A DNA stretch of 64,000 nucleotides, from assembly GCA_030704615.1 (NCBI GenBank), contig CM060731.1:65720001-65784000 (forward strand), written 5' to 3'. Origin of the DNA: Takakia lepidozioides. Taxonomy: Eukaryota; Plantae; Bryophyta. Both the position numbers and the translations under genes were made by a program. Positions 37,001 through 51,580 of the stretch are shown here, in pieces; position 1 is the first letter of the stretch; the number at the start of each line of letters is the position of its first letter. Under the pieces are notes generated by a model. That model was not told where the DNA came from and ran no database searches. It saw only the letters and a program-made list of their open reading frames with translations.

Positions 37001-40000
37001 ATGGGCTTCTGAGCGATGGAATTCTGTGTTGCTCTCGACACTGTCAGATCCCCACATTCTTTTGCCTTCTCAGTCCCAACCAAGGCACATCCTCCAGCCA
37101 CTTTGGCTTCCACAATCTTGTCAAGGGCACAGTCAACCTTGCTTGAAATATGTGAAGAAGCAGCCTGCTGCTCTGCTGAAGGTTCAGCAGTTGCATCCTC
37201 TTCTGTTTCACCCATTCTCTTTCGTTTCTTTCCTGCAATGCCTGATGTAATTGATATGCACCGCAAGTGAGAAATGGAAAACATTGAGACACGAGTCCCA
37301 AGCCAAAAATGCTCTGGATTGATATCCTATCAACTTATTCTAATGCTAGACCACCTAAGGTATTCACAGCAAGAAAAGGAGACACTCCAGCACTCCCAAA
37401 TAACTGCAAACTGCTCTACTAGCAAATATTGATGCAAATTACCTGCTTTTCTTTTTGCATTGTGCAACGCCATAGCCAGCTGTGTCTTTTTGGGAGGCTT
37501 TGAATCCCTGCAAGAGATTAAAACAAGTTCCTGTCCAATGTTCAGACACTTTCCATGTCTGTCAGCAAAAGCCGGAGAAGCTATCACAAAACCAGACCAG
37601 TCTGACAGGTGTCTTTCCTTCTACTTCTTGGATAGAAGCGCACAATTAGCCAGTGTGGCACAGGTATGCTAGTGCAATTGGCAAATTTGGATGAAAGAGG
37701 AGAAAGTGCACCTCATTGATAGATACACCAAACACTGTGCCCTCAACTGCTTCAATTGATAATCTGAAAAATGACGCTTATCTTGCAACATCGCTGGCTT
37801 GACGTTGCTGTCCGGCAGCATTTCTTCCGTTCCTTCAGCATTGCTTTTCACCCCTGAAGTATCAACCAGTGTATCTTCCAACGAGTTCTTCAGTATAGAC
37901 CTGAAATCACTTTTGGAGGTTTTAGTTCCTTTTATACCCTTCCCATTTGCAACTTTAGGAAATGAGGTTACATCCACAGAACCAGCAGCAGTAGACTTTC
38001 CGGCCTTTTCACTTGGTGACTGGGAGCGATGTTCAGCTGGTGTCTTGGATGTTTTCTGTTCAAGCACAAACAGATTCCAATCCCAACAGAGTATCAGCAC
38101 CCTGCTACGTCAGATGCATCCCTCCTTAAGATACCCAGTACCGTTCACCTATCAGATATATGCACGTCGACAACAACATAGAATAGATCTGCCAGAATTT
38201 ATAGAACTGTTCATGTTAAGTATTCCAGCAGCATATACCTGTGAAGTAAAATTTATGGACTGCTTCATCTCATCGAGCTTGCAAGAGGATGGCGAGATTA
38301 TCACTTTCTTCTCGACTGCTGCTACAGATCCAAGTCTTCGGTCGAAAGCAGATTTGCGATAAATCTCTTTCTGCTGCATGTATGACTGGCCATAAGATGG
38401 GAAAGGCAACGTCTCTGAAACATTTGGGCTGGAACCAGGGCCGCCCTGACATGACGAGGATGAAGGCTGGGAAGGCTGCGAAGGCTGAGCTTCAGCACCA
38501 CCTGATGGGTTTACGGCACAGATCTCTTCACATGATTGCTGCTGCTGCCCACCTGAGACAGTACCTTTTGGAAGCGAATGAGGAGTGGCTTGCTTCTCAC
38601 CTAGCCCAGCGCGCTTACTACTTTGCTTGGCAGGAGACTGAGGACTTAGACCTCCAGACTGCAGCTGTGTGATTCGTGTAGCTGAATATGAGCTAAAGGC
38701 TCCTCGACTCCCTTTATTTATATCAAAGAAGGCAGCTTGTGAATCTGGACCTGCACTCTTGACTTCAGGAGATCTCTGACTGTCTTGTAAAGACCCTGCT
38801 GCAATAGCATCCCTACTACAGGTAAGTTGGTTTGGAGAAGCTCCTCCACCATCTATTTCATTCACTGGACCAGTTCCCCCATCAGTACGAAGCTCAGAAA
38901 CACGTGCAGGATCAGGCACTGGTACTGTCTGACTTTCTGAAATCTCTGCTGTGCCAGCCTCTCCTGCAGTTTTCATGGTTGACGACATACCCAATCCAAT
39001 TTCAGTCAGCGAGGACCCAGTGCCTGAGGCTGCAGTTGGTGCTTCTTCCTTGCTGTTAATTAATGACATGCCTTCCCTTTTATCCCCTCCTTCAACTGTC
39101 CAACCAGAGCTTTTCTCTGATGCATCAGTATGTTGCTGTCGATCACTGATACGAGACAGAGTTCCGCCAGTGACCAGGTCATTTCCAAATTTACTAGTCC
39201 CACTCACAGTAAGTGGCAATGAAGATTCAGCAGGCTGAGCTCTTTCCAACCTCAGATCAGCATTAACTGCCCCATGAGAACCCGGTCTTTTCATTTCCGC
39301 TGTATGGAAGGCCCGGGGGGACTGAGCTTGGGGGCGAATCACTGCAGTTGGGGCTGGGGTTGCACTCTGAGAAGGGTTCAAAACTGGAGCATTGTGTGCG
39401 TTTCCTGCAATTTTCTTAGCTGGACGCATGTTTAGAGCAGAGGATATCTCTACATCCAATGATTCACCATTGACTTTCTTCCCGCGCAGTCTTGGTGGTT
39501 TTCCTTGCTGTGACCCTACTTCCCCTGGCAGCTTTCTCTTGTTGCCTTTGGAAGCAGAGTTCTCCAATTTCTGCGTGCTCGGCTTCGAAACCAAGTCCAG
39601 CTGGGCCCTTGCCATTGGCCGCACCCCTGTATGTTCTACTGGTTCCTTTATGCTCTCCTGGCTCACACTAACCTTGTCTGAAGCATTATGTCCTTGGCGG
39701 CTACTCTTGAGGGAAGCCTGCTCATTACTTGTTGAAGCATCACTGGCTGGAGCTCTTGCCTCTGTCAGTAGTGAAGCTTCAGTGACAGGCTCCTGAACAC
39801 AACTGGACAGCAAGGCATAATCAGCAGAAGTTTTGCTTTGCAAAGAGGATGCAGCTTGCTCTGATGCTTGCTCTGCTCCCCTCTGATCTTCTGAAGGGTC
39901 ACCATGTTTAGCTCCACTGCTAAGACCTACGGAAACCGAGGCATCCTCAGGAGGCGTTTCATTTCTCGCAGAGGACAAAGCTTGCCCTGATGCTTGCCCT

Positions 40001-42542
40001 GACGTTCCCCTCTTATCTTCTGAGGGGCCATCATTTCTAGGTCCGATGCCAAGTCCAACAGGAAGCGAGGCATGCTCATGATGCACTTTCTTTATTGCAG
40101 AGGATGCAGCTTGCCCTGGCGGTTGCCCTGAGAGTCCCCTCTTATCTTGGGAGGGGCCACCAGTTTTAGCTCCGCTGCCAAGACCAATAGGAGGTGTGGC
40201 ACGCTCACCATGCATTTTGCTTTGCAAGGTGGACCTAGCTTGCCCTGATGCTTGCCCTGATGGTCCTCTCCTATCTTCAGAGGGGCCACCCGATTTAGCT
40301 CCGCTGCCAAGGCCACTACTAAGTGAGGCATGCTCAGCAGGCAATTTGCTTTGCCAAGAGGATGGAGCTTGCCCTGATGCTTGCCCTGATATCCCTCTCT
40401 TATCTTCAGAGGGGCCACCATTTATAGCTCCACTGCCAAGACTGACGGAAAGCGAGGTTCGCTCAGTGGCTGTTTTGCTTTGTGAAAAAGACATAGCTGC
40501 TGGGCCACCATTTTTAGCTCCAGTACCAAGACCCATGGAAAGTGGGGCTTGCTCATCAGAAGTTTTGATTTGTGAAGAGAATACAGCTTGCCCTGATGTT
40601 CCCCTCTTATCTCCGGAGTGGCAACCATCATTACCTCCACTTCCAGGACCAACAGAAAGTGAGGCATGCTCAGCAGGCGTTTTGCTTTGTGAAGAGGACA
40701 AAGCTTGCCCTGATACTTGCTCTGATCCCCTCTTAACTTGTGAGGGGCCACCATTTCTAGCTCCACTGCCAAGACCAATGGGAAACAAGGCAGTAGGCGT
40801 TTTGCTGTGCAAAGAGGATGCAGCTTGCCCTGATGTCCCCCTCTTATCTTCGGAGGCACCACCATTTATAGCTACATTGCTCCGACTCATGGAAAGTGAG
40901 CCACGCTCAGCAGCTGTCTTGCTTGGCAGAGAGGACACAGCTTGCCCTGATGTCCCCCTGTTATCTTTGGAGGGTCCACCATTTATAGCCCCACTGCCGA
41001 GACCAATCAAATGCGATGTGTTCTGAGCAGGTGCTTTACTTGGCAAAGAGGGTGCAGCTTGCCCTGATGCTTGCCCTGATGTACTGCTCTCATCATTGGA
41101 GGGGCCACCATTGATGGCTCCACTACCAAGACGGATGGAAGGCGAGGCAAGCTCGGCAGGTGTTTTTGTTTGTGAAGAGGATGCAGCTTGCCCTGATGCT
41201 TGCTCTGCTATGCTCCTATTTTCTGAGGGGCCACCCAATTTAGCTCCATTCTCAACACCACCGGAAAGAGAGGCACGCTCAACAGATGTCTTGCTTTGGG
41301 CAGAGGATGCAGCTTGCTCCGATCCTCGATCCGCCCGCCTGTTATCTTCTGAAGGACTGCTATTTTTAGCTCCACTACCAACCTTTCCAGGCAAAGTCCC
41401 ACTAGCCAACACGAGACCAGAAGGGCCCAAGGCGTTTTGGTTCAAGCCATGCTGTTTAATCACTGTTTCAAGTGCCCTACAAGCCAGAAAGACGCCCACC
41501 TTCAGATACGAGTAAAAGACAAGTATCAGACTAAAGTCAATGACAGTGGGCAACCGGGCATCTGGCTGGATGCAAGCAGGTGTACAACAGCCTAAACAAT
41601 GGATGGGAAGCATTAAGCCATCTCCTACTCCCAATGCTCCAATTGTACTGATCATCATTTCAAGGAAAATTTGCAAATGCAAGAAAACGTTCAATACACA
41701 AGCTGCCCCTTCTCATTACTTGGTGACAGATAATTCACTACGGTTAAAGATGATGTGTTGTTCCAGGGAGAAATTCTCCTGGGAAAGAAAAGATGTGGAG
41801 GTGACAACAAACTACCAAACTGATCCCACAATGTGTGTCCTGTTTCCTCTGTAACCCTGAACGAGAGGAGATGTTGACTAAAGTGAACATGAGTGTGGTG
41901 TACTACTTACCCAACGTCCCTCTGTTCTGTTTCAACAACATCACCAGCACTTACACATTGTAAGGACACTCCATTAGATTTCTCCAGGGAGTCTCAGCAA
42001 CTGGATAAAAGGGTCGCACAGGTCCAGGAGAAAGGACAATTGAGTTTAACAGGGACAACAGAGGCAGCACTTTGGCATTCTAGGCACCCTTTCAAGCATG
42101 GAAGAAGCTGCATAATCTGGCCATGTCCTTCCCCATTAATATCTTGAGGTTGCTTGATATTGAAGATGGGTGGAATGTGAGTGTTGGGACACAACAACAC
42201 TAGTGAGAACTTTAGAGTACACTGCGTGAAAGAGGTGTCCAAGTGGTGAGGAATCTCTTGACCTGGAGATGATTCGAAATGGCAAGGTTTGCTCCTTGCC
42301 AGTCAATTTCATGTGCTGACATATCTGTGAAAAAGAAAGACGGGCCTCAGTACCAAGTGATGTTTCAAGTTTTCTACAACCAAATCCTCATCCACATTGT
42401 GCAAAAAGCAGGGCTCCTTCATATTGAAGCAACTTACCGCGTACAGCTTGGAAGCCAATTTCTTGGGTTCATTCTTGAAGTCTTGACCAACTTTTTCAAG
42501 AAACTTGCCAGCCTCCAGTTCCACATGTGAAGAAACTGCCAT
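22055..42542 (-). CDS. SYD: SPLAYED-type SWI2/SNF2 chromatin-remodelling ATPase (multi-exon)
   Basis: N-terminus [25 protein letters not shown]; QLQ ([12 protein letters not shown]); HSA region; [10 protein letters not shown]; DEGH; [14 protein letters not shown]; RLDGST; DTDWNPQ; QARAHRIGQ; [13 protein letters not shown]; last exon [21 protein letters not shown] with stop at 22055; GT-AG introns. Confidence 0.92.
25940..27120. mobile_element. Foldback-like element (internally repetitive long inverted repeat) in a SYD intron
   Basis: Left arm repeats AATACTAGGGCAACC and CTTCCCCTTGCACTGCACTA; right arm repeats their complements; unique pair GGCTATTCGACCATGAAA (~26149) / TTTCATGGTCGAATAGCC (~26543); centre near 26340. 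Confidence 0.7.
27400..28470 (+). mobile_element. Possible degenerate DNA-transposase remnant in a SYD intron
   Basis: [10 protein letters not shown]...CRCLPH resembles a MULE D..CxxH segment; heavily decayed. Confidence 0.3.
36665..37024 (-). repeat. Coding 15-bp minisatellite (about 24 NPIAQ-like pentapeptides) in SYD
   Basis: Tandem GAGCAATGGGATTCT units; in frame in ORF 35212-37284. Confidence 0.95.
39820..41380 (-). repeat. Coding tandem repeat (about 13 copies of a ~38-43-aa Ser/Gly unit) in SYD
   Basis: Recurrent [41 protein letters not shown]. Confidence 0.9.
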
Positions 42543-43419
42543 GTTTACCTGAAATACCTTGACCTGGAAACCAACACCAAGAGAGATTTGTGAAGAGTAG
42601 AGCAGCATGAATAGCTCTCAGAGATTAGGGATGTCGTCTTGATCACCGTTCCGCGTTGCACAGAGCAAGCTAACTTACAAGAAGTTGCAAATTGAAGAGA
42701 GGAATGACTGCGCGACACGCTAAACAAATTGAGTGGAGACACTGAACGGATGACTTGGAGGATACGGTAAACAGTCCAGAAGGTGCTTCTCACTTTGCAA
42801 GGCCACTGAGGGAAACAATTCAACTCCAAAAGCTAATGGAAGGCATCGATGAAGTTAATCCGGATCTCACTGGACAATCCAGCTCCAGCTAACTTTTTCC
42901 TTCTTCATGCAGAAGACAGGGATGTCTCTTTCATCTCATCTTAGGCCCAAGGAATGTGTAACTTCATGAAAGCATCACCCTTCTTTTCTCATCGGACCAA
43001 ATAGAAGTTGAATAGCAAAGGAGTGTCCAACCAACAAAATCTAACAAATGGCACATCCTGGGAGGACATTAGAGTATATCAATAATCACGAACTCCAGGT
43101 GCCTGCATAGTTATGTCATTTGAAGGGGAATGATGGGACTAATCAATCTCTGCACGTATACCAGTGATCAGTGTGGAACAGTGCAGTAAAAAAGGTGCTG
43201 CAGCATGGCTTTCTGAATAACACACTCGTTAATCCTCATTGTTCAAAAAGTTAGTAGTCAGAAAGCCTGGCATCACCCCCCCTAGAGGGTGCGAAATCAG
43301 ATAAGAAGGAGACATGTGAGACATGTCATCGCCAATGAGGAGTGGTGGAAAGTCAATCATAAAACTCTTGGGCAGATCACTTGGCTGTACTTACTGCTCG
43401 ATGGCTTCAGGTTGAATGC

Positions 43420-44130
43420 TACCAGTGAATTGCCAATTTTTCTGCCGAGTACCTCCAACTATCAGTTCTTGCAAGTAACCTTCTGTCTAACTCATCAGAG
43501 TGATCTATACGCTTTGCAATTGGCGCGCTGTCAGCAAAGCCATTCCGAATAGCCCAAACCCCTACTTTTTCATTTCCCCAGAATGGCACCCTAAATGTAA
43601 GATGACCTGCAGTCTGAAGTCGCCAACGTCTTAGCAGATTAACAAAGCGTTGATATACCCACGGCACCAGTCATAAGCTCGTGCAGTACACATGACCTAC
43701 AGTAATCTCTCAAGGGCAAGCTCCCAAATAATCCACACTACCAACATCTCACTCACCAATTCTATGTCCAATAGACCTCCCCTACCAGAACACACCTCCT
43801 TACCCAATCCTACATGAATCGACACCCCATAATCATAAGACGAGCGTGCAAAAACTTGGTGCGTGATTTCACCCTGTACACAAATCGGCTTTCGTTGACA
43901 ACCCTCCATCCACCTCACTTCAGAAACGGGCAAATGCCCCACGATTTGATGACCAACACTCCCAATTACACCACACCGCATACAAGAGCGACAATGAGCT
44001 CATCAATTGGCAGCTAACGTACCTCAGCCAAGAGATCTTCAAGCACACAAACGGAGGCTCGACCATCTTCGTGCCCACCCCCTCTTCTTCGACATCAACA
44101 ATCCCCTCCAATTGGGCAAGGACCCACAGC
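43420..44130 (-). mobile_element. Possible decayed LINE (L1-like) ORF2 C-terminal remnant in the putative SYD 5'UTR intron
   Basis: Trp-rich, stop-interrupted frames; VKSRTKFLHARL weakly resembles the zf-RVT lead-in. Confidence 0.25.
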
Positions 44131-46949
44131 ATAATTCTTCCTGGCTTTGCTTACCCTAGCTTCTGATCCTCCCCACCACACCTTACACTCCATCCCTGCT
44201 ACTCCTTCTCCAATTCCCATCTACCTCTCTCCCCGACCGAGAAGGGTGGACTGCGATCTCGCGTGTCAGTAACTTAGCACCTCATATCAAACTCCCGGGA
44301 AACTGCGGTGTACCCAGCGATGCAGTGATGATGATACATGGCTTGAGGGCATCTCCATCATCCCCCCCCTGCCAGCCCCGCGTGGACGTGACAAGACCTA
44401 GCCTGCCTGCCCTTTTCCTTCCCTCCCTCCCACCCCACCTAAGCAGCCTTTCATTATTTCCTCCATCACTTCTCACTCTTTTCTTTCTTACCCCCCCCCT
44501 CCCCCTCCCCCAACACCCCCCTCACTTCCTTTGCCTTCACTTGAACATCATCATCATCATGCTCATTACACTCATCCACACACTGTCCAGCTCCCGGCGG
44601 AAAAAAATAAAAAATGACCCAAGTTCGGAATGGCCCATCCGACCGACTCCGGTTTTATCGAGTCCCAATTTTGCATTGCGTTGGTAATCAATTTGATTAC
44701 TGTAGACGTAAGGTGAAGTGGCTCTTAGTTACGCCGGTTGCGGCCGGAGTCTTCTCTCTTTGATTAGTGTTTGGCTTATGAAGTCCGCTAGAGGGGATGA
44801 GGGGATTCTCATTTGTGGTCAAACAATTGATGGTCTCACCGACAGTTTAAGTCGCCGACGTAGGTGTAACCTATTTTTTCTTTGTTGGGCATTCAATCTG
44901 CAACTACGCATACAATTGGGCCTCAATTGGCATGTTGTGCGAGTGTAAGTTCGATTGCCCGCCTCCAAAATAACCCCATGGGCAAAGGGCAAGGGCAACT
45001 AGAAACCCAACATGGGTTACAAAATCCCGCAAGGGGAAGAGGCTCTTATTTACGCTAGCTCCGGCTGGCGTCATATATATATATGGTTGCGAAATGTAGA
45101 CAACTAGGTCCCACCAAACTACTCCCCTCCCCAAAATTGCAAACCCAAGTTGATGATGAGGGTCCATCACCGAGAATTTCATGAAGTTAGTTCACAATGT
45201 GATGTACGGAAAGGTACGCAATTGTTGATAAAACTGGACTCTCGTGATTAGATGCTTCAAAACTCTAGCTGACCATATAATGAGGTTTGGGGAGCACCCT
45301 CCGCGCACCTAAGGGGATGTTAGAAGTTAGAACATTTACAGTCAGTAACTAGATAGTAAAAAATCGGGATTGTCTCTACGAACTATGGTTGAGAAATGAA
45401 GGGGCAGACCCACCTTTCAAAAAGCAAAGACAAAGGCCTTGAGTTGAATCTTCTTACACCTAATATGCTTATATGCAATGTTGAGCATGTAGATTTGAAG
45501 GGCTCATTTATTCATGAGTGCCTTTGAAAGGCCAATTAAAACCCACTATTTTGTAGGGGATGGTGCCCTTACACGAAAACTCAATGGGGTCTGTGAGGGC
45601 ATGCACCATGAAGGCCGTCGCATCCGAACTCCCACATCAACCTGTTGCATTTACTAAAAAGGGGGGTTGTGAACATGATCGAATGAACAACAAACATATG
45701 AAGCCCAACATAGTATATATATATGTACACAGTGGCAATGCACATTACTCACGACTTTGCAACCAACAAGGCACATCAATGCATTGCAATTGGCAGCACC
45801 GGCTGTGAAAGATTCTGTTTGAAAACAAGTCAAACAGTTGGGCGATTTCTAGATTCCACATGCAAAAGGCTCTGATGTGGTTTCCCCCAGTTTTGTGCAA
45901 CAAGGATGGAGGCTTGCTTTCAATGTGACGTGCAGACACCTAGATATGAACATCCCACAATAGGATAAAATAAAAGAAAGTAAGGGCATGCTAGATTCCC
46001 TCCGAACCCTTTCATATAATCCCTGCAAACATGGCTGCCCTAAAACTATGGAGTGGATAGAAGCAGACTGCAAATGCAGGACAACTTTAGGGTTTGGGTT
46101 ACCTCATCTTCGGTCAATGTCTAGTAGGACGTGTTGATGAGCCCTAAATCAAGTACCAGACATTTACTTCAAGGCCAGTGGTGGGTTCCTTGATGGGCAT
46201 GATTCAGTCTGAAATCAACACGTTGGCGCTTGTGAAGCTACAAAAATTTCACGCTCCTGGAGAATATTGTGATTCAAAATTCAAATCAAAGCAAGCCCAA
46301 GCCCAAGGGAACTTTCTCTCTTTGTTTGTACTCTAGTGGGACCTCAGGGTACAGAATGTTCAACAAGGACGCTCCACTGGAAGGTCCCACCACGACAAAT
46401 GTCACTTGTCGCTGAGCTTAGCACAGCTTCAAAGTTCAGTGGTGACATCCTTGACATGGGCCTCTCGTCCAGACATTCTACCGAGCCAAAGTGTTGGGAA
46501 TCGAAACAACTGGGAATGGACGTACGGAATGAATGAATGAGTGGATCCATGGCAGTAACTCGAGGGCGTGCACCTCCACCGGATAGATTTCCTATCGTAG
46601 CTACTTATAAGAAGCCTCACAGCTGGTGGCGGTGGTGCCAGTGGAAGATTTGCTGCAGACAAGAGGCTTTAGTACACTTCCGAAAGACCAACAGAAGCAG
46701 CACTAATGATGCTCGCACAATTCTGACAGCTACATGACAAGCGGAGGCTTGGAGGAAAAACAATCCTTTCGAAACTGGCAGACGTGGATGCATTCCCGGC
46801 ACTGGAGGTGTCTTCGAACAGCTATGCGCACAATTGGCTTGCCGGAAAGGCTCTCCTCTGTCTTTTCTCTTTTCGTCTCCCTCTCAAAAAAACATGTATA
46901 CTTTCTTTCCCCACTCTATAGCCACCACCCTCTCAGCAGACCAATCAAG

Positions 46950-47093
46950 TCACAACTGAAAAAAACTGGCACTCCCAGATATATAGTATGGACTCTAGAG
47001 GATCAAAGTTGGCGGACACAACTGAAGAAAACATATCGTATGGACTCTGGAGGATCAAAGTTGGACCGACCGGTCCGCCAACTTTGATCCTCT
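46950..47093. repeat. Short inverted repeat with duplicated left arm
   Basis: AGAGGATCAAAGTTGGCGGAC (46997) and GAGGATCAAAGTTGG (47050) both pair with GTCCGCCAACTTTGATCCTCT (47073-47093). Confidence 0.8.
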
Positions 47094-50000
47094 TGGCAAA
47101 AGATACAACAATATTTTTATGTATGAGGGTCTCGGCCGCACTGTGTAAGATCTTTGTGGAGCCAGGACAAAACATGTTACAGCTGCTAGGATGTAGATAA
47201 CAACCATATGTTGATAATCTGGCATCTGTTTGGAAGACTGCCTGGGCCAGTCGGTTTTTATGCGCAGGACCAATGTTTGATGGTAATAGACTGCTTGTTC
47301 CTGCTTGAGGTGTGGCACTTTGATAAGTGGCAGGCACCCTCTTCTCTGTGCTCCAGTGCAATACCATCATCAAGGAGTGTGAAGATGGTACCCACACAGA
47401 ACACATTGTGGGCACTTGCGTTCACATATACAGCCATTTTCATCTCCTCTACATTCCACAGCCATGAATTCCTTGCGAGTAATTATAATCATGTATAAAA
47501 CCATGGCAATTTTGGCAGCTGGTACAAGACCAAAGCCCATCTCTGGTTCGTAAATCCTCCACAGCCATATCTCTGCTCTTCTCTACGAGGCTCCTCAGCA
47601 AAGGGGATGTTCACAACAACATTGCAGGACACTACTGTACAGCTTGAAATGGGATAATTTATAGAACTTGACTGTTGCAAGTGTTGTAATAGGATACACA
47701 GTTCTGTCACCTCTTCTTGGCCATGTGTTTGTGCTTAGATCTAGGCCGCACAACAGGGCCACCACCTGTAATGTGTCTTTGCAAGATTCGAACCAGGCCC
47801 TCAGGCTGCACGCCACTAGGCTCAGCAATCCGAACATTAACATGTTCCATGAAATCTTTCCTACTTTTGAACAAGTCCTTCCCTGCTTACTCCTCTTCAA
47901 TCGCCATTGGCACGGCATCTTGGTTGGCATCTGAGGTAGAGCCCAAATTGACCTCCAAAGCACCTGCCCTGTACTCCTCAGGCTTCTCACCTGGAACCTT
48001 ACCCAGGTTCCATTCCTGTCTGTACACAGCAGCAGACTTTCCCTCCTCTATTCTTGTAGGGCTACCACCAATATTATTGGTGCCTGTGCCTGCTGACTCC
48101 TCGTGTTTGTCCAATTGCAGATGTAAAAGTGCTGTTTGTTGGCCTTCTCTGTGAGGCTTGTGAGTGTCCAAGGGACCAAGATTTGATATGGTTGGGTAAC
48201 CAGAGTTCAGGACATGAGAACAGCTTGGAAGGGAATCCCCTTGTTCTCAGAACTCTCAGGAACTGCATCTGGACATCTATCTTTATCTGATATGACCCGT
48301 GCTGCACTTCCACCAGGGTTGTTGGGAGTTGGCCTGCCAACAGGCAGAGAGCTTGCAGCCACAGTATGCCACCTAGCATCGGCAAAAATGCACACCTGTA
48401 GCACATCTTCTGGCAGTCCCTCCAGTATCCTACATCAACCCATGTTAAAGCCTGTCAAACATCAAATTCCAATTGCTAGAGTAGCCCAAGTTCCAGATCA
48501 ATTAGCTAGGATAATGTTGTACCTGCCTACCAGTCTTCTCCTTCGACACCACCACCCTTAATCAAGCACCAATAGATGCAATATGTAGGTGCTGAGGCAA
48601 ACAGCAGCAGATGTTATCAGCTCTACTTCACCACAAATAGGCTGTTAGCACCAGCTGCCAGCTGTGCATGCACCTGCACCTCAATTGAGTGAGACATACT
48701 TCAGAGAATGATTGGCAGATACACGCTGAATTGCTGCTCATCTAATGTCACAACATTTTTGTAATGAGAACTTACATGCGTGTCTGCACTGCTGAAACTC
48801 AACACTGTCAGCACTTCTATGAGTTAATTTGAGAGTCTTGTGTGTAAGATGTGGAGACTTTCTGAGCTCATCACACTGGTCCCACCAGAGGTCCCTTGGG
48901 CTCCCTGGACAGGCAAACTGCTAAGCAGAGGTTATATCCCACAAATGACGTGACATGTGGTCCTTCCATCAAATATGTCCAAGCAGGCTAATTCTCCGAC
49001 CGCAACAGATAAATGCATCAGACAATCACATAACCTCACAGAAATAATATCTTAGCTTCATACAAAGCACCATGGAGTCTGTACAGCCATTTACCTCCAA
49101 ATGAGTGCGGAGATCAAAGCAGGTACGGTGATTGCAGCTGCTAGCACGAGCAGGCACCTGCAGCCCATCAATATATCACAATTATTTTCCATGCAGTACC
49201 ATAACTTCAACTGGTTCACATTTGAGATCCCAGGGATACATTATTTGTTGCGAAGAGGTCTTGAAAGCCCCATGACACAACCAGTAGGTATTACAAGCCT
49301 GCAAAGGCGGAATCAAGTTCAAAGCCTGCAACTACAACTTCCATATGCATGTGTCCTCAAGCATCCAATGTGGAACGAAAAAGCAAAACATATCATTTGT
49401 GATCTTCTGTCGTCACTTATTTAGCTAGACAAGGTCAAAACTTGACATAACTTCAATCCAGTGAATCAGCCCTTAGTAACACTTCATGGTATTAAGTATA
49501 AAGCTTGTTAGGCATGAAGATCGGTAAATCCTGGCACCCTCACACAGCCACTCTTGACACAAGACAAGAATTACAATCTCAAGGTCAAGTTACATCCAAA
49601 ATGATAACTGGTCAACCAGAAGGCCTTTGGCTGACTTTTAGTGCATTCATGAGCAATCACCAGATGCCTTTAAGCCAGTCCTCTGAGGCATGATCATCAT
49701 GCCAGACTTAATGAGAAGACCACAACTCAAGGGATGTTTGACCTTGTGCCAGGCATCCAGCACCCATCCAAGAAAGCCAGCAATTCACTTAGTGTTGGCT
49801 CCAAACAGCACCAATGTAAATTTAACAAAATCCCACCTGCATAAAGCTGAAATATACGCTGCAAAAACACAAACAACACCTTCACTCTTTGTTCACAATG
49901 AAGTCATGCAAATCTAACATGAATTGCATGCATAGACCTGTTCCTAAAAACAGTGAAATTGTCCATTTGCTAGAAAACCTAGACTGCGGTGATACTTGGT

Positions 50001-51580
50001 GCAATCTAAACTCATCCTTATATGCAGATAATCATTAACTGATATGAGTAGAGATGTTCCAAAAAAGGAATCACCGGCAAACATAGTTGGTTGATTCTTA
50101 TGCTACCTTACCTTTAACAAATCGCATTACTCATACCACAAGGAGAACTTGACAAAGGAAACCAGAAGAACCACCCAAAAAGACTCCTGCCAAAAGAATG
50201 TGAAATCTCCAGGTCTTGTTGGTGTCCTATCATTCCCTCTGCCTATTGCAAATGGACGGGATATATCGTGCTCCATGATATGCAAGATCACCTAGAGTTC
50301 CAGTTTCATCAACCACTTGTGCAGCAGTGCATCTATCATTGCGCTTGACGTGAGGAGTTATCAGCTTTTCACGAAAAGAACGGCGCATCTGGCCAATCAC
50401 AACCACCACTAATTAGCATGCTCCCACCTGACATCTTGCAGCTACTGTGATAATTGCTGACATTTTATAGTTGATAAATCCTTATTTCTCGCAACTCTGC
50501 AGAAAGCACAGTACCTGGACATTGACCAAGGATTGCACTAGTACTGCATGTCTAGTATCAAAGACCAACCAGTTGATCCAACAGTTTTGATTGCTCACCA
50601 ATGCTGCCACACCTTCTGTAAGGACCAGCTTGTTGCTCATATGTTCATCCCCCATTACTCGGCATTGGAGAGCTTGCCCAGGTAGCATACTATGTTGGCT
50701 GTGCCCTGCTACTGCATGGATTCTCTGGAAAACCACATACCAGTTCCAGACATGAGGAACAGATCCTATGATCTGTTAAACAAACAGGAAGTCTGGAGAA
50801 GGAGCACTTACCTCTACCCCAAGCACTGAACGAGATTGTCCATCGTACTTTTTTTCAGCCATGCTGCCTGCCTTCATCCGCAATCGCCTACACTTACTGA
50901 ATCTTGTCCCTAAGATCTCCCATTGCAAAAGGGTGAAGAAACCACGGCTTTTCTCCAGTGCCCTCCACACAGTATCCACAGACCTAAGTAACTGCACCCA
51001 CCAACCACACCGTACAACACCAATCTTGTATCACAACTTTAACCGGACAAGTGATAGGACAAGGCTTGATATGTCACTCCATGTACAAGTGCATGCATAA
51101 CAAATAAAGAGACATCCTCTCAACGAGCCACCAGTGTAGCACCACAAGCCACCTGTGTTTGCTGATGAATGACGCGGAACAAACTTGAGGACAAGGCTCA
51201 CATATGTATGTAATACGAAAGCATGTGGAGAAGATTTACTGATTACAGTGTTACGCTAAGAGCATAATGTGATGTGACTTTTTGCAAACACTCTCTTCTA
51301 AAAACAGACGGCCCCTAATGTCATCAATCCTCACATCATAGTGTGAAGTCCCACATGACAGGGATGCTCATCCAAAACATCTATGTAACTGCACAAGAGT
51401 ACAATCTATCATAAGCTTGCAGCTTTGACACAACTCTATAAAACTGGCAGAAAAATACAAAAATCTCCAGCATGCCACATGAACTTGGATCAGATCTAGT
51501 GTGCGGCACACATACTCATGTTACTGTCTGGTAAACACTTCAGCATGGTTTGACTAGTGAGAAGTTTGAGTGGGGTCTAC

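Noticed and set aside
36495-41515. Alternative-frame and antisense ORFs (SESHC, EQWDS, ACPDAC repeats)
   Set aside because: By-products of the coding tandem repeats in SYD
41478-41694. N-terminus of the 1180-aa ORF as a gene start
   Set aside because: Intronic read-through; the true SYD start is at 42542 with two small upstream exons
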